A stretch of 64,000 nt of DNA from the human T2T-CHM13v2.0 reference genome, Homo sapiens. Shown one piece after another: positions 1 to 10,248 of the stretch. Location: NCBI RefSeq assembly GCF_009914755.1, contig NC_060942.1; one strand, given 5' to 3'. The notes under the pieces are model-generated. The model worked only from the letters and a program-made list of their open reading frames with translations. It had not been told where the DNA came from and ran no database searches. The number at the start of each line of letters is the position of its first letter. Position 1 is the stretch's first letter. Both the position numbers and the translations under genes were made by a program.

Positions 1-42
1 TTTTGTGGAATCTGCAAGTGGCTATTTGGCTAGATTTGAGGA

Positions 43-59
43 TTTCGTTAGAAACGGGA
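43..59 (+). promoter_or_regulatory. CENP-B box (m12), TTAG variant with core intact
   Basis: TTTCGTTAGAAACGGGA matches the core NTTCGNNNNANNCGGGN. Confidence 0.88.
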
Positions 60-209
60 TTACATATAAAAAGCAGTCAGCAGCATTCTCAGAAAGTTCT
101 TTGTGATGATTGCATTCAAGTCACAGAATTGAACATTCCCTTTCACAGAGCAGGTTTGAAACACTCTTTTTGTAGTGTGTGTAAGTGGACATTTGGAGCA
201 CTTACCGGC

Positions 210-226
210 CTAAGGTGAAAAAGGAA
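210..226 (+). promoter_or_regulatory. pJalpha-like (A-box) motif in A-type monomer m1; also in m5 at 885-901
   Basis: CTAAGGTGAAAAAGGAA lies at the position equivalent to the CENP-B box and resembles the pJalpha motif CTAYGGTGRAAAAGGAA. The other A monomers carry a diverged TTGGAAA(A/G)GGAA form. Confidence 0.7.
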
Positions 227-380
227 ATATCTTCCCATAAAAACTAGACAGAAGCATTCTCAGAAACTTACTCGTGATGTGTGTCCTCAACTAAAGGAGT
301 AGAACCTTTCTTTTCATAGAGAAGTTTTGAAACGCTCTTTTTGTGGAATCTGCAAGTGGATATTTGGCTAGTTTTGAGGA

Positions 381-397
381 TTTCGTTGGAAGCGGGA
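381..397 (+). promoter_or_regulatory. CENP-B box (m2); recurs in every unit
   Basis: TTTCGTTGGAAGCGGGA is the canonical YTTCGTTGGAARCGGGA; it overlaps the EcoRI site at 396. Confidence 0.96.
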
Positions 398-718
398 ATT
401 CATACAAATTGCAGACTGCAGCGTTCTGAGAAACATCTTTGTGATGTTTGTATTCAGGACACAGAGTTGAACATTCCCTATCATAGAGCAGGTTGGAATC
501 ACTCCTTTTGTAGTATCTGGAAGTGGACATTTGGAGCGCTTTCAGGCCTATGTTGGAAAAGGAAATATCTTCCCATAACAACTAGACAGAAGCATTCTCA
601 GAAACTTATTTGAGATGTGTGTACTCAACTAAGAGAATTGAACCACCGTTTTGAAGGAGCAGTTTTGAAACTCTCTTTTTCTGGAATCTGCAAGTGGATA
701 TTTGGCTAGCTTTGGGGA

Positions 719-735
719 TTTCGCTGGAAGCGGGA
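719..735 (+). promoter_or_regulatory. CENP-B box (m4); recurs in every unit
   Basis: TTTCGCTGGAAGCGGGA; the nine core positions are intact. Confidence 0.9.
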
Positions 736-1055
736 ATACATATAAAAAGCACACAGCAGCGTTCTGAGAAACTGCTTTCTGATGTTTGCATTCAAGTCAA
801 AAGTTGAACACTCCCTTTCATAGAGCAGTCTTGAAACACCCCTTTTGTAGTATCTGGAACTGGACTTTTGGAGCGATTTCAGGGCTAAGGTGAAAAAGGA
901 AATATCTTCCCATAAAAACTGGACAGAAGCATTCTCAGAAACTTGGTTATGCTGTATCTGCTCAACTAACAAAGTTGAACCTTTCTTTTGATAGAGCAGT
1001 TTTGAAATGGTCTTTTTGTGGAATCTGCAAGTGGATATTTGGCTAGTTTTGAGGA

Positions 1056-1072
1056 TTTCGTTGGAAGCGGGA
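1056..1072 (+). promoter_or_regulatory. CENP-B box (m6); recurs in every unit
   Basis: TTTCGTTGGAAGCGGGA, canonical. Confidence 0.96.
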
Positions 1073-1393
1073 ATTCATACAAATTGCAGACTGCAGCGTT
1101 CTGAGAAACATCTTTGTGATGTTTGTATTCAGGACACAGAGTTGAACATTCCCTATCATAGAGCAGGTTGGAATCACTCCTTTTGTAGTATCTGGAAGTG
1201 GACATTTGGAGCGCTTTCAGGCCTATTTTGGAAAGGGAAATATCTTCCCGTAACAACTATGCAGAAGCATTCTCAGAAACTTGTTTGTGATGTGTGCCCT
1301 CTACTGACAGAGTTGAACCTTTCTTTTCATAGAGCAGTTTTGAAACACTCTTTTTGTAGAATCTGCAAGAGGATATTTGCATAGCTTTGAGGA

Positions 1394-1410
1394 TTTCGTG
1401 GGAAACGGGA
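1394..1410 (+). promoter_or_regulatory. CENP-B box (m8); recurs in every unit
   Basis: TTTCGTGGGAAACGGGA; core intact. Confidence 0.9.
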
Positions 1411-1735
1411 TTGTCTTCAGGTAAAATCTAGACAGAAGCATTCTCAGAAACTTCTTTGGGATGTTTGCATTCAAGTCACAGAGTAGAACATTCCCTTTGG
1501 TAGAGCAGGTTTGAAACACTCTTTTTGTAGTATCTGGAAGTGGACATTTGGAGCGCTTTCAGGCCCATGTTGGAAAGGGAAATATCTTCCCGTAACAACT
1601 AGGCAGAAGCATTCTCAGAAACTTATTTGAGATGTGTGTACTCAACTAAGAGAATTGAACCACCGTTTTGAAGGAGCAGTTTTGAAACACTCTTTTTCTG
1701 GAATCTGCAAGAGTATATTTGCCTAGCCTTGAGGA

Positions 1736-1752
1736 TTTCGTTGGAAACGGGA
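1736..1752 (+). promoter_or_regulatory. CENP-B box (m10); recurs in every unit
   Basis: TTTCGTTGGAAACGGGA, canonical. Confidence 0.96.
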
Positions 1753-2077
1753 TTGTCTTCAGAGAAAATCTAGACAGAAGCATTCTCAGAAACTTCTTTG
1801 GGATGTTTGCATTCAAGTCACAGAGTAGAACATTCCCTTTGGTAGAGCAGGTTTGAAACACTCTTTTTTTAGTATATGGAAGTGGACATTTGGAGCGCTT
1901 TCAGGCCTACGTTGGAAAAGGAAATATCTTCCCATAACAACTAGACAGAAGCATTCTCAGAAACTAGTTTCTGATGTGTGGCCTCAACTAACACAGTTGT
2001 ACATTTCTTTACACAGAACAGTTTTGAAACACTCTTTTTGTGGAATCTGCAAGTGGATATTGGGCTAGATTTGAGGA

Positions 2078-2094
2078 TTTCGTTGGAAACGGGA
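2078..2094 (+). promoter_or_regulatory. CENP-B box (m12); recurs in every unit
   Basis: TTTCGTTGGAAACGGGA, canonical. Confidence 0.96.
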
Positions 2095-2118
2095 TTACAT
2101 ATAAAAAGCAGTCAGCAG

Positions 2119-4828
2119 CATTCTCAGAAAGTTCTTTGTGATGATTGCATTCAAGTCACAGAATTGAACATTCCCTTTCACAGAGCAGGTTTGAAACACT
2201 CTTTTTGTAGTGTGTGTAAGTGGACATTTGGAGCACTTACCGGCCTAAGGTGAAAAAGGAAATATCTTCCCATAAAAACTAGACAGAAGCATTCTCAGAA
2301 ACTTACTCGTGATGTGTGTCCTCAACTAAAGGAGTAGAACCTTTCTTTTCATAGAGAAGTTTTGAAACGCTCTTTTTGTGGAATCTGCAAGTGGATATTT
2401 GGCTAGTTTTGAGGATTTCGTTGGAAGCGGGAATTCATACAAATTGCAGACTGCAGCGTTCTGAGAAACATCTTTGTGATGTTTGTATTCAGGACACAGA
2501 GTTGAACATTCCCTATCATAGAGCAGGTTGGAATCACTCCTTTTGTAGTATCTGGAAGTGGACATTTGGAGCGCTTTCAGGCCTATGTTGGAAAAGGAAA
2601 TATCTTCCCATAACAACTAGACAGAAGCATTCTCAGAAACTTATTTGAGATGTGTGTACTCAACTAAGAGAATTGAACCACCGTTTTGAAGGAGCAGTTT
2701 TGAAACTCTCTTTTTCTGGAATCTGCAAGTGGATATTTGGCTAGCTTTGGGGATTTCGCTGGAAGCGGGAATACATATAAAAAGCACACAGCAGCGTTCT
2801 GAGAAACTGCTTTCTGATGTTTGCATTCAAGTCAAAAGTTGAACACTCCCTTTCATAGAGCAGTCTTGAAACACCCCTTTTGTAGTATCTGGAACTGGAC
2901 TTTTGGAGCGATTTCAGGGCTAAGGTGAAAAAGGAAATATCTTCCCATAAAAACTGGACAGAAGCATTCTCAGAAACTTGTTTATGCTGTATCTACTCAA
3001 CTAACAAAGTTGAACCTTTCTTTTGATAGAGCAGTTTTGAAATGGTCTTTTTGTGGAATCTGCAAGTGGATATTTGGCTAGTTTTGAGGATTTCGTTGGA
3101 AGCGGGAATTCATACAAATTGCAGACTGCAGCGTTCTGAGAAACATCTTTGTGATGTTTGTATTCAGGACACAGAGTTGAACATTCCCTATCATAGAGCA
3201 GGTTGGAATCACTCCTTTTGTAGTATCTGGAAGTGGACATTTGGAGCGCTTTCAGGCCCATGTTGGAAAGGGAAATATCTTCCCGTAACAACTAGGCAGA
3301 AGCATTCTCAGAAACTTATTTGAGATGTGTGTACTCAACTAAGAGAATTGAACCACCGTTTTGAAGGAGCAGTTTTGAAACTCTCTTTTTCTGGAATCTG
3401 CAAGTGGATATTTGGCTAGCTTTGGGGATTTCGCTGGAAGCGGGAATACATATAAAAAGCACACAGTAGCGTTCTGAGAAACTGCTTTCTGATGTTTGCA
3501 TTCAAGTCAAAAGTTGAACACTCCCTTTCATAGAGCAGTCTTGAAACACCCCTTTTGTAGTATCTGGAACTGGACTTTTGGAGCGATTTCAGGGCTAAGG
3601 TGAAAAAGGAAATATCTTCCCATAAAAACTGGACAGAAGCATTCTCAGAAACTTGGTTATGCTGTATCTACTCAACTAACAAAGTTGAACCTTTCTTTTG
3701 ATAGAGCAGTTTTGAAATGGTCTTTTTGTGGAATCTGCAAGTGGATATTTGGCTAGTTTTGAGGATTTCGTTGGAAGCGGGAATTCATACAAATTGCAGA
3801 CTGCAGCGTTCTGAGAAACATCTTTGTGATGTTTGTATTCAGGACACAGAGTTGAACATTCCCTATCATAGAGCAGGTTGGAATCACTCCTTTTGTAGTA
3901 TCTGGAAGTGGACATTTGGAGCGCTTTCAGGCCTATTTTGGAAAGGGAAATATCTTCCCGTAACAACTATGCAGAAGCATTCTCAGAAACTTGTTTGTGA
4001 TGTGTGCCCTCTACTGACAGAGTTGAACCTTTCTTTTCATAGAGCAGTTTTGAAACACTCTTTTTGTAGAATCTGCAAGAGGATATTTGCATAGCTTTGA
4101 GGATTTCGTGGGAAACGGGATTGTCTTCAGGTAAAATCTAGACAGAAGCATTCTCAGAAACTTCTTTGGGATGTTTGCATTCAAGTCACAGAGTAGAACA
4201 TTCCCTTTGGTAGAGCAGGTTTGAAACACTCTTTTTGTAGTATCTGGAAGTGGACATTTGGAGCGCTTTCAGGCCCATGTTGGAAAGGGAAATATCTTCC
4301 CGTAACAACTAGGCAGAAGCATTCTCAGAAACTTATTTGAGATGTGTGTACTCAACTAAGAGAATTGAACCACCGTTTTGAAGGAGCAGTTTTGAAACAC
4401 TCTTTTTCTGGAATCTGCAAGAGTATATTTGCCTAGCCTTGAGGATTTCGTTGGAAACGGGATTGTCTTCAGAGAAAATCTAGACAGAAGCATTCTCAGA
4501 AACTTCTTTGGGATGTTTGCATTCAAGTCACAGAGTAGAACATTCCCTTTGGTAGAGCAGGTTTGAAACACTCTTTTTTTAGTATATGGAAGTGGACATT
4601 TGGAGCGCTTTCAGGCCTACGTTGGAAAAGGAAATATCTTCCCATAACAACTAGACAGAAGCATTCTCAGAAACTAGTTTCTGATGTGTGGCCTCAACTA
4701 ACACAGTTGTACATTTCTTTACACAGAACAGTTTTGAAACACTCTTTTTGTGGAATCTGCAAGTGGATATTGGGCTAGATTTGAGGATTTCGTTGGAAAC
4801 GGGATTACATATAAAAAGCAGTCAGCAG
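2119..4828 (+). repeat. 16-mer HOR structural variant (2710 bp), junction class A
   Basis: Contains an extra 675-bp tetramer. The junction monomer ends in m9-type sequence GGCCCATGTTGGAAAGGGAAATATCTTCCCGTAACAACTAGGCAG at about 3255-3299 and is followed by m4. Confidence 0.93.
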
Positions 4829-7538
4829 CATTCTCAGAAAGTTCTTTGTGATGATTGCATTCAAGTCACAGAATTGAACATTCCCTTTCACAGAGCAGGT
4901 TTGAAACACTCTTTTTGTAGTGTGTGTAAGTGGACATTTGGAGCACTTACCGGCCTAAGGTGAAAAAGGAAATATCTTCCCATAAAAACTAGACAGAAGC
5001 ATTCTCAGAAACTTACTCGTGATGTGTGTCCTCAACTAAAGGAGTAGAACCTTTCTTTTCATAGAGAAGTTTTGAAACGCTCTTTTTGTGGAATCTGCAA
5101 GTGGATATTTGGCTAGTTTTGAGGATTTCGTTGGAAGCGGGAATTCATACAAATTGCAGACTGCAGCGTTCTGAGAAACATCTTTGTGATGTTTGTATTC
5201 AGGACACAGAGTTGAACATTCCCTATCATAGAGCAGGTTGGAATCACTCCTTTTGTAGTATCTGGAAGTGGACATTTGGAGCGCTTTCAGGCCTATGTTG
5301 GAAAAGGAAATATCTTCCCATAACAACTAGACAGAAGCATTCTCAGAAACTTATTTGAGATGTGTGTACTCAACTAAGAGAATTGAACCACCGTTTTGAA
5401 GGAGCAGTTTTGAAACTCTCTTTTTCTGGAATCTGCAAGTGGATATTTGGCTAGCTTTGGGGATTTCGCTGGAAGCGGGAATACATATAAAAAGCACACA
5501 GCAGCGTTCTGAGAAACTGCTTTCTGATGTTTGCATTCAAGTCAAAAGTTGAACACTCCCTTTCATAGAGCAGTCTTGAAACACCCCTTTTGTAGTATCT
5601 GGAACTGGACTTTTGGAGCGATTTCAGGGCTAAGGTGAAAAAGGAAATATCTTCCCATAAAAACTGGACAGAAGCATTCTCAGAAACTTGTTTATGCTGT
5701 ATCTACTCAACTAACAAAGTTGAACCTTTCTTTTGATAGAGCAGTTTTGAAATGGTCTTTTTGTGGAATCTGCAAGTGGATATTTGGCTAGTTTTGAGGA
5801 TTTCGTTGGAAGCGGGAATTCATACAAATTGCAGACTGCAGCGTTCTGAGAAACATCTTTGTGATGTTTGTATTCAGGACACAGAGTTGAACATTCCCTA
5901 TCATAGAGCAGGTTGGAATCACTCCTTTTGTAGTATCTGGAAGTGGACATTTGGAGCGCTTTCAGGCCCATGTTGGAAAGGGAAATATCTTCCCGTAACA
6001 ACTAGGCAGAAGCATTCTCAGAAACTTATTTGAGATGTGTGTACTCAACTAAGAGAATTGAACCACCGTTTTGAAGGAGCAGTTTTGAAACTCTCTTTTT
6101 CTGGAATCTGCAAGTGGATATTTGGCTAGCTTTGGGGATTTCGCTGGAAGCGGGAATACATATAAAAAGCACACAGTAGCGTTCTGAGAAACTGCTTTCT
6201 GATGTTTGCATTCAAGTCAAAAGTTGAACACTCCCTTTCATAGAGCAGTCTTGAAACACCCCTTTTGTAGTATCTGGAACTGGACTTTTGGAGCGATTTC
6301 AGGGCTAAGGTGAAAAAGGAAATATCTTCCCATAAAAACTGGACAGAAGCATTCTCAGAAACTTGGTTATGCTGTATCTACTCAACTAACAAAGTTGAAC
6401 CTTTCTTTTGATAGAGCAGTTTTGAAATGGTCTTTTTGTGGAATCTGCAAGTGGATATTTGGCTAGTTTTGAGGATTTCGTTGGAAGCGGGAATTCATAC
6501 AAATTGCAGACTGCAGCGTTCTGAGAAACATCTTTGTGATGTTTGTATTCAGGACACAGAGTTGAACATTCCCTATCATAGAGCAGGTTGGAATCACTCC
6601 TTTTGTAGTATCTGGAAGTGGACATTTGGAGCGCTTTCAGGCCTATTTTGGAAAGGGAAATATCTTCCCGTAACAACTATGCAGAAGCATTCTCAGAAAC
6701 TTGTTTGTGATGTGTGCCCTCTACTGACAGAGTTGAACCTTTCTTTTCATAGAGCAGTTTTGAAACACTCTTTTTGTAGAATCTGCAAGAGGATATTTGC
6801 ATAGCTTTGAGGATTTCGTGGGAAACGGGATTGTCTTCAGGTAAAATCTAGACAGAAGCATTCTCAGAAACTTCTTTGGGATGTTTGCATTCAAGTCACA
6901 GAGTAGAACATTCCCTTTGGTAGAGCAGGTTTGAAACACTCTTTTTGTAGTATCTGGAAGTGGACATTTGGAGCGCTTTCAGGCCCATGTTGGAAAGGGA
7001 AATATCTTCCCGTAACAACTAGGCAGAAGCATTCTCAGAAACTTATTTGAGATGTGTGTACTCAACTAAGAGAATTGAACCACCGTTTTGAAGGAGCAGT
7101 TTTGAAACACTCTTTTTCTGGAATCTGCAAGAGTATATTTGCCTAGCCTTGAGGATTTCGTTGGAAACGGGATTGTCTTCAGAGAAAATCTAGACAGAAG
7201 CATTCTCAGAAACTTCTTTGGGATGTTTGCATTCAAGTCACAGAGTAGAACATTCCCTTTGGTAGAGCAGGTTTGAAACACTCTTTTTTTAGTATATGGA
7301 AGTGGACATTTTGATCGCTTTCAGGCCTACGTTGGAAAAGGAAATATCTTCCCATAACAACTAGACAGAAGCATTCTCAGAAACTAGTTTCTGATGTGTG
7401 TCCTCAACTAACACAGTTGAACATTTCTTTAGACAGAACAGTTTTGAAACACTCTTTTTGTGGAATCTGCAAGTGGCTATTTGGCTAGATTTGAGGATTT
7501 CGTTAGAAACGGGATTACATATAAAAAGCAGTCAGCAG
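4829..7538 (+). repeat. 16-mer HOR structural variant (2710 bp), junction class A, second copy
   Basis: Same junction at about 5965-6009 and the same private SNV (CAGTAGC; T at 6177 versus 3467). Confidence 0.93.
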
Positions 7539-10248
7539 CATTCTCAGAAAGTTCTTTGTGATGATTGCATTCAAGTCACAGAATTGAACATTCCCTTTCA
7601 CAGAGCAGGTTTGAAACACTCTTTTTGTAGTGTGTGTAAGTGGACATTTGGAGCACTTACCGGCCTAAGGTGAAAAAGGAAATATCTTCCCATAAAAACT
7701 AGACAGAAGCATTCTCAGAAACTTACTCGTGATGTGTGTCCTCAACTAAAGGAGTAGAACCTTTCTTTTCATAGAGAAGTTTTGAAACGCTCTTTTTGTG
7801 GAATCTGCAAGTGGATATTTGGCTAGTTTTGAGGATTTCGTTGGAAGCGGGAATTCATACAAATTGCAGACTGCAGCGTTCTGAGAAACATCTTTGTGAT
7901 GTTTGTATTCAGGACACAGAGTTGAACATTCCCTATCATAGAGCAGGTTGGAATCACTCCTTTTGTAGTATCTGGAAGTGGACATTTGGAGCGCTTTCAG
8001 GCCTATGTTGGAAAAGGAAATATCTTCCCATAACAACTAGACAGAAGCATTCTCAGAAACTTATTTGAGATGTGTGTACTCAACTAAGAGAATTGAACCA
8101 CCGTTTTGAAGGAGCAGTTTTGAAACTCTCTTTTTCTGGAATCTGCAAGTGGATATTTGGCTAGCTTTGGGGATTTCGCTGGAAGCGGGAATACATATAA
8201 AAAGCACACAGCAGCGTTCTGAGAAACTGCTTTCTGATGTTTGCATTCAAGTCAAAAGTTGAACACTCCCTTTCATAGAGCAGTCTTGAAACACCCCTTT
8301 TGTAGTATCTGGAACTGGACTTTTGGAGCGATTTCAGGGCTAAGGTGAAAAAGGAAATATCTTCCCATAAAAACTGGACAGAAGCATTCTCAGAAACTTG
8401 GTTATGCTGTATCTACTCAACTAACAAAGTTGAACCTTTCTTTTGATAGAGCAGTTTTGAAATGGTCTTTTTGTGGAATCTGCAAGTGGATATTTGGCTA
8501 GTTTTGAGGATTTCGTTGGAAGCGGGAATTCATACAAATTGCAGACTGCAGCGTTCTGAGAAACATCTTTGTGATGTTTGTATTCAGGACACAGAGTTGA
8601 ACATTCCCTATCATAGAGCAGGTTGGAATCACTCCTTTTGTAGTATCTGGAAGTGGACATTTGGAGCGCTTTCAGGCCTATGTTGGAAAAGGAAATATCT
8701 TCCCATAACAACTAGACAGAAGCATTCTCAGAAACTTATTTGAGATGTGTGTATTCAACTAAGAGAATTGAACCACCGTTTTGAAGGAGCAGTTTTGAAA
8801 CTCTCTTTTTCTGGAATCTGCAAGTGGATATTTGGCTAGCTTTGGGGATTTCGCTGGAAGCGGGAATACATATAAAAAGCACACAGCAGCGTTCTGAGAA
8901 ACTGCTTTCTGATGTTTGCATTCAAGTCAAAAGTTGAACACTCCCTTTCATAGAGCAGTCTTGAAACACCCCTTTTGTAGTATCTGGAACTGGACTTTTG
9001 GAGCGATTTCAGGGCTAAGGTGAAAAAGGAAATATCTTCCCATAAAAACTGGACAGAAGCATTCTCAGAAACTTGGTTATGCTGTATCTACTCAACTAAC
9101 AAAGTTGAACCTTTCTTTTGATAGAGCAGTTTTGAAATGGTCTTTTTGTGGAATCTGCAAGTGGATATTTGGCTAGTTTTGAGGATTTCGTTGGAAGCGG
9201 GAATTCATACAAATTGCAGACTGCAGCGTTCTGAGAAACATCTTTGTGATGTTTGTATTCAGGACACAGAGTTGAACATTCCCTATCATAGAGCAGGTTG
9301 GAATCACTCCTTTTGTAGTATCTGGAAGTGGACATTTGGAGCGCTTTCAGGCCTATTTTGGAAAGGGAAATATCTTCCCGTAACAACTATGCAGAAGCAT
9401 TCTCAGAAACTTGTTTGTGATGTGTGCCCTCTACTGACAGAGTTGAACCTTTCTTTTCATAGAGCAGTTTTGAAACACTCTTTTTGTAGAATCTGCAAGA
9501 GGATATTTGCATAGCTTTGAGGATTTCGTGGGAAACGGGATTGTCTTCAGGTAAAATCTAGACAGAAGCATTCTCAGAAACTTCTTTGGGATGTTTGCAT
9601 TCAAGTCACAGAGTAGAACATTCCCTTTGGTAGAGCAGGTTTGAAACACTCTTTTTGTAGTATCTGGAAGTGGACATTTGGAGCGCTTTCAGGCCCATGT
9701 TGGAAAGGGAAATATCTTCCCGTAACAACTAGGCAGAAGCATTCTCAGAAACTTATTTGAGATGTGTGTACTCAACTAAGAGAATTGAACCACCGTTTTG
9801 AAGGAGCAGTTTTGAAACACTCTTTTTCTGGAATCTGCAAGAGTATATTTGCCTAGCCTTGAGGATTTCGTTGGAAACGGGATTGTCTTCAGAGAAAATC
9901 TAGACAGAAGCATTCTCAGAAACTTCTTTGGGATGTTTGCATTCAAGTCACAGAGTAGAACATTCCCTTTGGTAGAGCAGGTTTGAAACACTCTTTTTTT
10001 AGTATATGGAAGTGGACATTTGGAGCGCTTTCAGGCCTACGTTGGAAAAGGAAATATCTTCCCATAACAACTAGACAGAAGCATTCTCAGAAACTAGTTT
10101 CTGATGTGTGTCCTCAACTAACACAGTTGTACATTTCTTTACACAGAACAGTTTTGAAACACTCTTTTTGTGGAATCTGCAAGTGGCTATTGGGCTAGAT
10201 TTGAGGATTTCGTTGGAAACGGGATTACATATAAAAAGCAGTCAGCAG
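7539..10248 (+). repeat. 16-mer HOR structural variant (2710 bp), junction class B
   Basis: Simple 675-bp tandem duplication: an m6 head continues into an m3-type tail (GGCCTATGTTGGAAAAGG, about 8675-8692) and then m4. Confidence 0.93.

Larger units (their letters stand above)
84..2118 (+). repeat. Canonical 12-monomer HOR unit (2035 bp), used as reference copy
   Basis: Monomer starts 84, 255, 422, 593, 760, 930, 1097, 1268, 1439, 1610, 1781, 1952. Lengths 171,167,171,167,170,167,171,171,171,171,171,167 sum to 2035. The next unit starts at 2119. Confidence 0.96.

Noticed and set aside
62-73. TATA-like CATATAAAAAG after the CENP-B boxes in m12 and m4
   Set aside because: This is an AT-rich satellite segment with no other promoter evidence; centromeric transcription cannot be inferred from sequence alone.
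706-972. Unique 88-aa minus-strand ORF present in only one unit
   Set aside because: It results from a single private SNV (G960) that removes a stop codon; there is no evidence of function.
1236-1250. Short dyads such as GGGAA-ATATC-TTCCC and TTCT(C/G)AGAA
   Set aside because: Stems are only 4-5 bp and are generic to alpha satellite, which is not enough to call terminators, cruciforms or structured RNA.
84-2118. Assignment to DXZ1 (also a ~2 kb 12-mer) or D17Z1 (2.7 kb 16-mer)
   Set aside because: Both are pentameric SF3 arrays. This array is strictly dimeric with a box in every second monomer, and its 16-mers derive from the 12-mer.
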